Below, piece by piece: positions 29,055-38,817 of a stretch of 64,000 nt of DNA. Position 1 is the first letter of the stretch. Every line of letters begins with the position of its first letter. A model generated the notes under the pieces. The model was given only the letters and a program-made list of their open reading frames with translations, was not told where the DNA came from and ran no database searches. The stretch is taken from positions 32,001 through 96,000 of the IMG/VR virus record IMGVR_UViG_3300027736_000020; one strand, given 5' to 3'. Position numbers and translations under genes: made by a program. Origin of the DNA: a virus.

Positions 29055-32000
29055 TTATCTGAATAATATTGAAAATGCAATTGCGCGATTAGCACCTGCC
29101 GCAGTCGTCCAAGCAACCGTCCCCGATGTGTCGGTAGCGGCGAGTACTTGTCCGACTACAGGGGCGGAAGGAAGATTGACCTGCAACGTTCCCGCAGTGC
29201 CAATACGCAAATTTCCATTATCTGTACGCAATGTTGTGGTTCCAATCCCACCATCTCCAGTTCTTGCTGAACTATTGGTAAAGATAACAAATTTTGTTTC
29301 AAGAACGTCATTTCCCATCCTGAATATTGTATAAGAAGTATTTTCTGCGCTTGTATTTCGCAAATAGAAAGCAGCTTCAGTCGTATTGGATTTAACGACA
29401 GAAAGATCACCGGAAGGACTGGTGGTTCCAATACCGACGTTTCCAGCAGAAGTAATTCGCATACGTTCGAGAAATGTGCTTCCGCTCCAAAGCGTATGCA
29501 CCAAATCCGCTGCCCCATTCGTGTTCGTCATTATTGCTTTGATTTGAGCGTTACCCAAATCGCCCGAATACGTAGAACTTTCTAAGGCAAAATTTAATGA
29601 CGCATCATTTCCAATTGTCGCCGTCGCGCCATTGACAATGCTTATTTCTCCGCCTCTTCCTCCCGCAGTATCTTTCCTTACTGAAAGCAAAGATTCTGGA
29701 CTAGTGGTCCCAAGACCCACAAAACCTTCGCGAGAAAAATATATTTTTGATGACCCTCCGCCTGCATTTACCGCAGAATTGTTAAGAAAATCCAAACCTC
29801 CATAAGATGCTCGAATGCTATAATTATTTACGTAGCTAATTGCGGTAGCATTAACTGCGGTGCTTATTGTTTGATTTGTGCTATTTGTTACGGTATATGT
29901 TCCAACACCGCCCGTTCCTCCCGTAGTTGGAATAAGTGCCGTGATAGTCACTACCGAGGTTATGTCGGGTCCGCTAACTACTTGGCCGACTGCCCATGTG
30001 CTGGCAGGCCCAGTTGTCGAAACAACAGTTAGTGTCGTTCCCGAAAGGGTGATTGTTCCATAAGCGGCTACCGAATCAAAATACAGCGCTGTTGACAATT
30101 GAGGATTGTCTGTTCTGCGCTTCATTTGCAATCCGGCGAAACCAGTTCCGGCTATTTCCAAAGTGGTTGCGGGAGTCGTGGTCCCAATGCCGACGTTGCC
30201 ACCAGATTTGAATGTCACCAAGTCGGCAGTGTTAATGCGTATTCGTATATCGTCGGTACTTGCCGTTTCAACACGCAGAACGTTATCTGTTCCTAATCCA
30301 ATGTATGCTTTTGCCACGTCCGCAGCCGAAAATTGCATTAATCGGTTTGTTCCGGCCGCTGCGTTTATTGTCAACAGTTGCCCCGGACTTGTGGTCCCAA
30401 TGCCGACGTTGCCTCCTGTAAAAAGCGCGGAATACGTGGAATTAGAAAACGTCTGTGTCGCTGTCCATGTATTTGCGGTGGAAAGCGAAGCCCCTCCTCC
30501 TCCGCCACTGCCTACTAAAGTCTCTGCTCCAGTCCCTGATTTGTAATACAAGGATCCAGACTTGCTATATAGCGTGAATTTTCCAGTTCCCGGAGCATTT
30601 GGCGCGACAGAAAGATCTGTCAATGTCAACTGGTTGATATTGGAAATCTGTCCGGTAGTACTATCCGGTGCAGGAACTCCAAGGCTAAGACCATCGCTGG
30701 TGATGGAAAAAGAACTTCCGGCCGCAGAAAGACTTCCTCCTGTGATGATCGGCAAATCCGTCCCAAAGATCGTGGCAAACGCCAATGAGGAAGAGCTTCC
30801 TCCCCCGCCTCCACTTCCGCTGCTGAATACCGACTCCGCCCCAGTATCCGTACGCTTGTAGAGGAATCCGTCGTCCTTGAAATACATCTTGATGTACCCA
30901 GTAGAAGGATTGGTAAGAGCCAGTGCTTCCGCTGTCGTATTCAGTTTGTAGGAAATGGACGTGAAAATCTGGTTTGCTGTCCATGTATTTTGTGTTGCCA
31001 ACATCAGGGTGCTTCCTGCACCCCAGCTCAAGTTTCCTGAACCATCAGTGGTTAAAGTCTGCCCATTGCTTCCCGCAGTAGGGGGAAATATATATGTCGT
31101 TGCAGAGGCAGTTGCAGAACCTTGGAAAATTGTGGCTACGGAGTTGCTCAGGAGACCAATGCTCGTCAATCCCGCTATGGTTGCGGAAGTGGCACCCAGA
31201 GCCACCGATGTCGATCCGTATTGCACTGTAGAGCTGACAAGCTTGGCATTCGCTATGGAACCAGCAAGCATGGTGTTTGTTACTGTTGCGCTATCGCCAG
31301 TTCCAATCAATGTTCCCGCAAGAAGAGGCAGTGAAAATGCTCGTGCTGCTGTTTGACTTGCATTTGCCACCAAGGTTGAGGTGTAGGCATTTCCGATCAA
31401 TGACAAAGTAGAACTGCTCAGAACATTTGCCGCGCCAATTTTATATGTTTTTCCGGCCGCAAGATCAAAATTCTCACTCGATGTCCACGAAGCACCTGTA
31501 CTAACCCAATTAAGTGTCTTGTCTGATGCTCCTTTTACGGTTATTCCTGCGCCATCAGCGGTGGTGTCAGTAGGAGACGCAATGCTTGCCAATTCAATAT
31601 TTTTGTCATCTACAGACAAGGTTGTGGAATTTATGGTTGTGGTTGTGCCATTTACCGTCAAGTCTCCGGTTACCGTAAGCGAACTGTTTACGGTAACTAA
31701 TCCACCAGCTGCACTTCCAATATTGACATTTGTCGTTGATGAGGCCGCTCCCCCAGTGCCAATGTTTACGGTCTTTATCGTTGAAGCAGCAACGGCTCCC
31801 GTTGATATGTTTGTCGTACTTGCGGCAGTTCCAGTGTATCCAACGGTCAATGTTGTTGCGCTTGCAAATGCGCCAAAGGTTGCGCCTGAATCCATCGTAG
31901 TCGCGAACGTCGGTGAGGTGGAAAACACCAACGTTCCGCTTCCCGTTTCGTCCGTGACAGCAGAAAGCAAATTTGCACTACTTGGTGTACCAAGGAATGT

Positions 32001-33269
32001 GGCAATTCCTGTTCCGAGGGAGGTGATGCCCGTTCCCCCGTTCGCCACAGGCAATGTGCCAGTAACTCCGGTTGACAGGGGCAACCCTGTTGCGTTCGTC
32101 AACAATCCGCTTGCGGGAGTACCAAGCGCGGGAGTGACGAGTGTCGGGCTTGTCGCAAACACCAATGCGCCGCTTCCCGTTTCGTCACTGATAACTCCAG
32201 CCAGTTCGGCAGACGTGGTTGCTGCAAAAGTACTCAACTTGTTTGCGACATAGGCAGCGGTTCCTCCCGTTCCAAAGGCCACGGAAGCAGCATTTGTGGC
32301 CGAGAAGGTGAGCGTCTCGCTTATCGTGAGGGTCTTGCCATCAGCAACGGTGAGTGTTGAGCCTGATGCCGGTGTAGTAATCGTTACTTTGTTGATGGTG
32401 GTGGCTGTGGCAACGCCGAGCGTTGGAGTCGTCAACGTGGGAGACGTGAGCGTCTTGTTCGTCAATGTTTGGGTAAATGTTCTTAGTACTATTTCATCAC
32501 TTGCCGCACCCGGTAATGTAAATGTCAATGCATCTGTCGTTGCAGAAAGCGTTATGGAGTTATTAACCGAGAGCGTTTTGGCATTGGTAATGGTTAACGT
32601 TCCGGTGGTGCTCGTAACTGTCAACCCGTTAACGGTCTTGCCCGTGAGGGATTCCGTACCAGCTAGCGTCGCAAGCGTCCCTGTTGTCGGAAGAGTGACC
32701 GTTGTGGCGGCTCCAAGCGTCAAGGTAAGTGCATACGCTCCACTCGTTGTAAGATTTCCGCCAAGGGTAATGGTTTTTCCTGTATTGGCAACTCCCGTGC
32801 CACCGTATGTCGGAGAAACGATAGTTCCCTGCCATTGTCCGGCGGAAATGATTCCCGTCGAGGCAAGGGAAAAATTTGGCGCAACACTACTATTGCCAAC
32901 TTTTATCGACCCGCCCGTATACCAATTGCCGCTTGTGCTATTTAGGTCAGATACTGTTTGCGCAGCGGTCCAGTTGTTGGATACTGTGAGAAGACCAACG
33001 GGATCGAGAGGATATTCAGATGTTGATGTTCCGACGCGGTAATAGAGAACGCCAGTCTTGTTATAGATGACAATCCTGTTTGCTCCGGGAGCGTAGGAGC
33101 CAGCAGGAGAGATGGTTGAAAAAAGCAATGACCCCGCATTGACAGCGAGGTCTCCGGAGTTTAATGTAACTCCTCCTTCTGCGGTTATTCCTCCGGATGC
33201 TACTGTCAGGCCTCCTGCAACCGTTGCCATGCCAGAGGATGCAATTCGTAACCTTGGAATGTTTGCCAT
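29055..33269 (-). CDS. Long mosaic fibre protein
   Basis: 1404 aa; [26 protein letters not shown] shaft motif, [18 protein letters not shown] repeats and GNVGIGTT junctions. Confidence 0.85.
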   Translation of the reverse strand: MANIPRLRIASSGMATVAGGLTVASGGITAEGGVTLNSGDLAVNAGSLLFSTISPAGSYAPGANRIVIYNKTGVLYYRVGTSTSEYPLDPVGLLTVSNNWTAAQTVSDLNSTSGNWYTGGSIKVGNSSVAPNFSLASTGIISAGQWQGTIVSPTYGGTGVANTGKTITLGGNLTTSGAYALTLTLGAATTVTLPTTGTLATLAGTESLTGKTVNGLTVTSTTGTLTITNAKTLSVNNSITLSATTDALTFTLPGAASDEIVLRTFTQTLTNKTLTSPTLTTPTLGVATATTINKVTITTPASGSTLTVADGKTLTISETLTFSATNAASVAFGTGGTAAYVANKLSTFAATTSAELAGVISDETGSGALVFATSPTLVTPALGTPASGLLTNATGLPLSTGVTGTLPVANGGTGITSLGTGIATFLGTPSSANLLSAVTDETGSGTLVFSTSPTFATTMDSGATFGAFASATTLTVGYTGTAASTTNISTGAVAASTIKTVNIGTGGAASSTTNVNIGSAAGGLVTVNSSLTVTGDLTVNGTTTTINSTTLSVDDKNIELASIASPTDTTADGAGITVKGASDKTLNWVSTGASWTSSENFDLAAGKTYKIGAANVLSSSTLSLIGNAYTSTLVANASQTAARAFSLPLLAGTLIGTGDSATVTNTMLAGSIANAKLVSSTVQYGSTSVALGATSATIAGLTSIGLLSNSVATIFQGSATASATTYIFPPTAGSNGQTLTTDGSGNLSWGAGSTLMLATQNTWTANQIFTSISYKLNTTAEALALTNPSTGYIKMYFKDDGFLYKRTDTGAESVFSSGSGGGGGSSSSLAFATIFGTDLPIITGGSLSAAGSSFSITSDGLSLGVPAPDSTTGQISNINQLTLTDLSVAPNAPGTGKFTLYSKSGSLYYKSGTGAETLVGSGGGGGASLSTANTWTATQTFSNSTYSALFTGGNVGIGTTSPGQLLTINAAAGTNRLMQFSAADVAKAYIGLGTDNVLRVETASTDDIRIRINTADLVTFKSGGNVGIGTTTPATTLEIAGTGFAGLQMKRRTDNPQLSTALYFDSVAAYGTITLSGTTLTVVSTTGPASTWAVGQVVSGPDITSVVTITALIPTTGGTGGVGTYTVTNSTNQTISTAVNATAISYVNNYSIRASYGGLDFLNNSAVNAGGGSSKIYFSREGFVGLGTTSPESLLSVRKDTAGGRGGEISIVNGATATIGNDASLNFALESSTYSGDLGNAQIKAIMTNTNGAADLVHTLWSGSTFLERMRITSAGNVGIGTTSPSGDLSVVKSNTTEAAFYLRNTSAENTSYTIFRMGNDVLETKFVIFTNSSARTGDGGIGTTTLRTDNGNLRIGTAGTLQVNLPSAPVVGQVLAATDTSGTVAWTTAAGANRAIAFSILFR

Positions 33270-33336
33270 GAATTACAATCCTTTTGTGTTTAGAGTATAC
33301 AATATTGATGACAACGGGGCGAATAAAAAAAATATA

Positions 33337-33612
33337 TTAGCAATTCTTTGATTGAGAGAATGCAGAAAGCTCCTTGAGTTTTTCATACAGATGCGCAAAT
33401 AACATCGAATTCTCTATGTTCCCTATGGGGAACGTAAAATTACGTGTTTGCAAAGGTGAACACCCGTTGCGTCTCTGTTCTTCCGACGCATAGGTGTTCA
33501 CTTGCACTTCAATGGTTGTCCCCGGAGCCGCACACGATGCCCAAGAAATCTTGTGATATCCATTGACAAGGGTTATTCCATGAACGGTGAGAAATTTCTG
33601 CTCAAGAGCCAT
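33337..33612 (-). CDS. Hypothetical protein (possible fibre assembly helper)
   Basis: 91 aa; overlaps the upstream stop; lies among fibre genes. Confidence 0.65.
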   Translation of the reverse strand: MALEQKFLTVHGITLVNGYHKISWASCAAPGTTIEVQVNTYASEEQRRNGCSPLQTRNFTFPIGNIENSMLFAHLYEKLKELSAFSQSKNC

Positions 33613-33928
33613 TGGGCGTACCTGAAGGCAACACAGCCGGAATCTTGCTCATTTCCTCAATATATGCATCATACGCAGCGGTTGAAGCAAAATCGCCGGG
33701 AAGAAATACATCTTCATCCGGCACATACCTATATCCAATACCAGCATACATCTTTCTGAAGTTGTTGTTATAGCTGGTCTGTACCCAGTTGCCACCGAGA
33801 AGGCTTTCACAGAAAGCCTTCCCTAGTGCTTCATTTTCTTGTCCGGTCGCATCCTTGAGGACATCGTTTGCCACGACGATGACTCGCTGGACAATATTAT
33901 TGTTATCTAATTCTGCAAAATGTGCCAT
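33602..33928 (-). CDS. Small fibre-associated protein (MAHFAEL type)
   Basis: MAHFAELDNNNIVQRVIVV...NWVQTSYNNNFRKMYAGIGY; start moved to MAHF (33928). Confidence 0.75.
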   Translation of the reverse strand: MAHFAELDNNNIVQRVIVVANDVLKDATGQENEALGKAFCESLLGGNWVQTSYNNNFRKMYAGIGYRYVPDEDVFLPGDFASTAAYDAYIEEMSKIPAVLPSGTPNGS

Positions 33929-33932
33929 TGTA

Positions 33933-34169
33933 CTATTTCTTCTCCGCCGGAATTTCAACAATTTCTTCAACGACAGGTTCTGGCACCGGAGGAAGCGGAC
34001 GGATGATCTCTACGTGCTTCCATTTCTCGATTTGCACGGGAACACCGACATACCATCCGTCTCCAAGTTCGACCATGCGGTGGTTGACCATGATGTCTTG
34101 CACATCTGCACTGGACAATGGGCCATAGATGTACGGATCATCAAATCGTTCGAATAATGTTGGCATCAT
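33933..34169 (-). CDS. Hypothetical protein
   Basis: 78 aa; SD GGAG upstream; packed between neighbours. Confidence 0.65.
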   Translation of the reverse strand: MMPTLFERFDDPYIYGPLSSADVQDIMVNHRMVELGDGWYVGVPVQIEKWKHVEIIRPLPPVPEPVVEEIVEIPAEKK

Positions 34170-34180
34170 GCGCTCCTTTT

Positions 34181-35725
34181 TTAGCTCCAGAATACATAGG
34201 ACACAACAATTCCGCTTGTCCGTATATTCTTTGTGAATGTATTTGAGTTTATCACAATCAAGACCTGTTTGTCCGCTGCCATTGGATCATAATATAGCTG
34301 GAGGTACTTCCATCGGGGAAGAAGTGATGAGGGGCTTGTCAATAATTTTGGATTGGCCGAAATTGCATTGACATTTCCGGCGCGAGAAAAGAAATTCCTG
34401 AATCCCGGCGACGAAACAAGTGACCAAGGCTTCTGTGTCACGGGCGAAGCAGAAATTGCTACTGGATATTTTGCACTGCCAAAATTCGGCACTGCATAGA
34501 TTTTATTGTAAATGATTGAATTTGCAGTCAAGACAACGATTTGCGCACGATTGACGGTGTTCAAATTCTGTTGAATAACCTGTGCGTATTTGTATCGGGG
34601 AATCAATCCCGAGGGAAGCACGATTGGTTCAGCAGACACAATGAACGCATTGCTCTTGTATCGTCCAAAGGGATACCCGAATTTCGTGAAATTGTAGGCA
34701 GTCGATCTGGCGAGGGGCACGGGCAATCGTGCATACGAAGGAGGATTGCTGATTGCCTTGTACAAGGAAAGACTCGGGGCAATATTCTTGTAGACAACCG
34801 AATTGGTGGTCAAGGCAATGATTTGTTGCTTGTCAATGGAAGCGGAGTCATTTGTGATAACCTGTGCGTATTTGTATCGGGGCAGTGCAGAAAAACTCAA
34901 TGGTTGCTGCCAAGGTCGATAATAATAAAATTTTATTTTTAATGACACAAAAGCTTTAGAAATTGAAGGAAATTTTTGCAGACGCGAAAAACTATATGAC
35001 GAAGTGATGTTGTTTCCACCAAATGTTGCGTCATTTGATTGCACGACAAGTCCAGCAAGAAGATAGCGATACAAGTTCATGTCGGTTCCTCCCGTGGAAA
35101 CCGTCCATGACATTGTTGTCGCTACCGAGCTTGTTACCTTTGCGCTTCCCGCTGCCTCCCATGCTCCGTCTGCCGAGGTAGCCCATGGAGTCACAAGTGC
35201 ATTCTGACCTGATCCATATCCAGTGTTTGAAAATGTATTCCATCCCGCAATCGTGTTCACCGCAATGGAACCTGTGGAACTTGCGAGAGAGACTGAAGCC
35301 GTCTGACTTCCTGCCGGATAGATCAATCCTGAAGTAGACGCAAATGAGGCAAGCGGAGTGGTGGCATTGACACCCGAGAACGACCATGCCGCAGCTTGAA
35401 TGTAGTTTGCGGAAGCAAACGTCACGACAACGTTGTAGGAAGCTCCTGTGGGTGGATTCAAGTAATACCAGTACTCAATCCGTGGATAATCACCAGAAGC
35501 TTGAGAGACGCCACCGCCTGATGAACCAGACAGGGAAATGCGCGTCATTCCTACACCGTTGTAGGTAATGTTCGTGGGTGTTACCGAGTTGTCAATGAAT
35601 GTGACAACAACAAGGAGCAGCTTGGTTCCCGCTGCATATTGCGTCGAGCTTACTGTGTGGGCAAATGTCACCGAAGAGACATTTTGCCCACTTGTACTTG
35701 TCAATGCCCCAAATTGTACGGGCAT
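34181..35725 (-). CDS. Surface-type beta-sandwich domain plus three basic/aromatic C-terminal repeats
   Basis: N-terminal VTFAHTV...KLLLVVV...ITYNGVGMT; repeats LPRYKYAQV, IPRYKYAQV and LPRWKYLQL. Confidence 0.75.
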   Translation of the reverse strand: MPVQFGALTSTSGQNVSSVTFAHTVSSTQYAAGTKLLLVVVTFIDNSVTPTNITYNGVGMTRISLSGSSGGGVSQASGDYPRIEYWYYLNPPTGASYNVVVTFASANYIQAAAWSFSGVNATTPLASFASTSGLIYPAGSQTASVSLASSTGSIAVNTIAGWNTFSNTGYGSGQNALVTPWATSADGAWEAAGSAKVTSSVATTMSWTVSTGGTDMNLYRYLLAGLVVQSNDATFGGNNITSSYSFSRLQKFPSISKAFVSLKIKFYYYRPWQQPLSFSALPRYKYAQVITNDSASIDKQQIIALTTNSVVYKNIAPSLSLYKAISNPPSYARLPVPLARSTAYNFTKFGYPFGRYKSNAFIVSAEPIVLPSGLIPRYKYAQVIQQNLNTVNRAQIVVLTANSIIYNKIYAVPNFGSAKYPVAISASPVTQKPWSLVSSPGFRNFFSRAGNVNAISANPKLLTSPSSLLPRWKYLQLYYDPMAADKQVLIVINSNTFTKNIRTSGIVVSYVFWS

Positions 35726-35728
35726 TGA

Positions 35729-38700
35729 TTATGCCCTCAATAACAGTCTGCCTGCATTACCTGCCTGAACATTCTGGAGCGTGTAGGCATTGTTTGAATA
35801 ATAGATATTCGCGCCATAAGAGAAAATAACACGAGGCCCATTCGTCACCAAATTGTTGAATGAATCACCCATGACGTTGGCATTGATGGCTTGTCCAGTA
35901 GATTGCTGCAAATACGTCGGATTCCCTGCTGTGGCATGTGTAGGATCATTCAAGAGCACTCGTGAATTATAGGTTGTTGTTGTTGACCGTCCCTTTGGAT
36001 AGATGTAAAACAATCCACGGAAAGGAACAACACCGAGATCTCCCAAGTAATCCGCATTATTTGCAACACGGTAGGACTGACAGCTGGTTGTCGATGCAGA
36101 AGTGTAGGAACTGCTTGCTGCGGACACCAATGCAGTAGTAACGCGATAGATGGTTCCGGTAGAAGCCGCAGAAATAATGCAGTAAATTGTTCCCGCAGTA
36201 GGGTCAATGTAGAAAGAAGTGGGATTGTATGATGTTGATGATGTGGTTGTGACAACAAGGTTTGCAACGTTGTACACGGAAGTTGCATTATCTGCAGTAT
36301 ACGAAACAAGACGCATGGTTTGTGCTGATGACGCAGTGCCGTTTTGCGTAGCTGCATACGTTGTTCCATTATAGTCAGGAATTGGAGTTCCAAATGCGGA
36401 TGCAAACGCCAGTGCAGTGGGACTCGTATACAATGCTGGCAACGCAACCGTTGCAACAGCGGTCAGGGAACCTGAATAGCCATATCCGCCCGAAATGATG
36501 ACTGGCGTTCCCGTCACCACGCCGCTGGTAACCGCTGCGGAGGCAATGGCAAGTCCCGTTCCTCCTGCAATCTGGAAAAACAGCGTCCCTGTCGTTGCGC
36601 CCAGATATCCCACACCACCGACGTTGATAGCAGCGGCAGTAACCACACCGGATGCAACCGTGGTGTTGACGGTAAACGACGCGCCGTAATTGAACGAACT
36701 ACCCATCGTTGCTGCCATCACGACACCAGATGCAACCGTTGAGGACTGACTCAAGGTATATGTTCCTGTGCCACCAGTGCCGGTACCAAACGCAGTAATC
36801 ACCGAACTTGCTGTCACCCCAGAGCCGGTGATCGTCTGCCCAATTGCAAGGTTGCCAATGGCTACCGCAGAGACAGTCATGGTGGTTGTTGAAATGGTGG
36901 CAGTAAAGGAACAATTCATGATGGCAAGTGAACAGACGGTTGGCTGCAGTGCAGCCTGTCTCTGTGTCACGTACAGGTATTTGTTATCAAGATTCAGATA
37001 GCCCCCGCCCATCATGACGGACGTTGCCAGCGCCGTCCCCGCGGTGTAGCCAGTTCCGCCATACACCACCGTTGCTGCACCAGTGGTGGCACCTGCTGTG
37101 GTCAGCGCGATGGAACACAGTGCGGGAAATCCCGTCTGTCCCGGTATGGTGAAAAACATCGTTCCAGTGATCTGATTGAGATATCCAGTTCCCGCAGCAG
37201 TTACCGTTGCTACAGTAACCGCGCCACCCACCACGGTTGTGGTAACGGTCAATCCTGATCCTGCACCATTTGGAAACGTGTAGCTTGTTGCTGCCAATGT
37301 TTCCGTATCGATCTTTACCACGCCGAAATATGTCGATGCATAAATGCTTCTCGCGCCGTCAAAGACAATATCAATGACCCCGAGGCTTACGCTGTTCGCG
37401 TACACCAGAGTGGGAGAAACCGTTCCCGCACTCATTGGCCACGTATAGACGCCTTCCTGAGCACAAGCCCAGACGTTATCACCGATCACGATCATCTTGG
37501 AGACGTTGGTGGTCATCGCATTCGTTGCTACGGGAGCGGACATCTTGTTCGCTCCATAGGTAATCGATCCGATTTCTGTTCCGCCATTCATCGGCAGGAT
37601 CACGCAATCAGCCGAAGTGCCCGTCGATGCAACCCAACCTCCCGTGGTATCGAGTGTCAGTGTGGTGGTATCGAGGAATGATCCGATCTGCTTGGTGGTG
37701 CTCAAGTTGTACGTCCGCCCAAACGGAATGGACTTGGAAATCGCGTCAATGGAGATCGGAGAAGCAAATGCCTTGGCCGTCGAAGTATCCCATCCATACG
37801 TCAGATTGTAATAACTGGCAAGATGCAAGAGATTGGTATCCACCGAGATGGCAAGGGTTCCTTGTGGATACGAAGGCGGGAACATACCACGGTTTGTCAC
37901 TGGCGCGTAAATCTGCGCTGCCGCAGCACCCGTGAACCCGTCCTGTGTCCTTGGGAATGCATACATGATCCTGCTGATGGTACCCGTCGTCTTTCCGTAG
38001 GGAGTGCCGATCATGACACTGTTTGTCCACGCAAAACACGGTGCACCGTTTCCAACGGTATCTTCAGGGACAACCCGTTCAAACTCGAACACTCCAGTCC
38101 ACATTCCCGGCTCTGACTTGATGAACGGCCACAGGACAAGATGCCTTGCCGTTGCGCCCACCCAGATGAAACAATCCTTGAGATCGTATTGCTGGGGAAA
38201 TGATCCCGCTCCGTTCCACGTCTCATTGGTTGCCACATGTGTCACACTGTTCCAATACTCGCAAACGGATGTGAAGAACTGCACCTTCGCAACATCCCAG
38301 CGCAAAATGAAATACTTCCATGTATACGGATAGGTAGCAACAGCGGTATTCGCAGTATAATTTGTGCCGCCAGAAACAATCGTGATCGTTCCCGCTGGCA
38401 CACCACTCGTCACGCCAATCGTGGCAATTGCCGGAACACCGCCACCAGCAATGGTGAATGTCAGCGTACCTGTTCCAGAGCTCAGGTATGCTGATCCGGC
38501 AGCGTTCAAGGTAGCCGCAGTGACCACACCGCTCGACACCGTCGTGTTGACCGTCAAGCCTGTACCCGTGCCATCATTATTCGGAGCACGATACACATAC
38601 GTGTAGATGGGAGAAAACGCACTGCTTGTCCCAGCACCCGGCACCGCATTCGTGACCGTATCGTAACTTGTCCACCCCAAGGCAGTAATTGCCGTGTTGA

Positions 38701-38788
38701 CGCCGGAAAGAATATTTGCCGACGACAGTTCATTCGTGATGTTCACACGGTAACTATTCGTGCTATATGAAGTGTTTGTTACGGTCAT
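35729..38788 (-). CDS. Large virion accessory protein (paralog A), probably beta-rich adhesin
   Basis: 1019 aa; SD GGGAG; N-terminal domain highly similar to that of 38818..41589. Confidence 0.8.
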   Translation of the reverse strand: MTVTNTSYSTNSYRVNITNELSSANILSGVNTAITALGWTSYDTVTNAVPGAGTSSAFSPIYTYVYRAPNNDGTGTGLTVNTTVSSGVVTAATLNAAGSAYLSSGTGTLTFTIAGGGVPAIATIGVTSGVPAGTITIVSGGTNYTANTAVATYPYTWKYFILRWDVAKVQFFTSVCEYWNSVTHVATNETWNGAGSFPQQYDLKDCFIWVGATARHLVLWPFIKSEPGMWTGVFEFERVVPEDTVGNGAPCFAWTNSVMIGTPYGKTTGTISRIMYAFPRTQDGFTGAAAAQIYAPVTNRGMFPPSYPQGTLAISVDTNLLHLASYYNLTYGWDTSTAKAFASPISIDAISKSIPFGRTYNLSTTKQIGSFLDTTTLTLDTTGGWVASTGTSADCVILPMNGGTEIGSITYGANKMSAPVATNAMTTNVSKMIVIGDNVWACAQEGVYTWPMSAGTVSPTLVYANSVSLGVIDIVFDGARSIYASTYFGVVKIDTETLAATSYTFPNGAGSGLTVTTTVVGGAVTVATVTAAGTGYLNQITGTMFFTIPGQTGFPALCSIALTTAGATTGAATVVYGGTGYTAGTALATSVMMGGGYLNLDNKYLYVTQRQAALQPTVCSLAIMNCSFTATISTTTMTVSAVAIGNLAIGQTITGSGVTASSVITAFGTGTGGTGTYTLSQSSTVASGVVMAATMGSSFNYGASFTVNTTVASGVVTAAAINVGGVGYLGATTGTLFFQIAGGTGLAIASAAVTSGVVTGTPVIISGGYGYSGSLTAVATVALPALYTSPTALAFASAFGTPIPDYNGTTYAATQNGTASSAQTMRLVSYTADNATSVYNVANLVVTTTSSTSYNPTSFYIDPTAGTIYCIISAASTGTIYRVTTALVSAASSSYTSASTTSCQSYRVANNADYLGDLGVVPFRGLFYIYPKGRSTTTTYNSRVLLNDPTHATAGNPTYLQQSTGQAINANVMGDSFNNLVTNGPRVIFSYGANIYYSNNAYTLQNVQAGNAGRLLLRA

Positions 38789-38817
38789 GTTTTTCTCCCT
38801 TGTTCAGTATACAATTT

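Larger units (their letters stand above)
21005..30413. repeat. Dispersed 23-nt direct repeat gtggtcccaatgccgacgttgcc (8 copies)
   Basis: Exact at 21005, 24132, 30178 and 30391; 1 mismatch at 21965; 2 at 21488 and 23895; 3 at 29422. All in the same orientation, encoding GNVGIGT. Confidence 0.92.

Noticed and set aside
21005-30413. CRISPR array or invertible shufflon reading of the 23-nt repeat
   Set aside because: Spacing is irregular (about 200 to 5000 nt), copies are in-frame coding sequence, all are direct rather than inverted, and no cas or invertase gene is present.
20032-33269. Intramolecular chaperone (peptidase S74) at the ends of GNVGIGTT fibres
   Set aside because: No SDxRLK-type motif seen; the fibres end in short hydrophobic tails or a tip motif instead.
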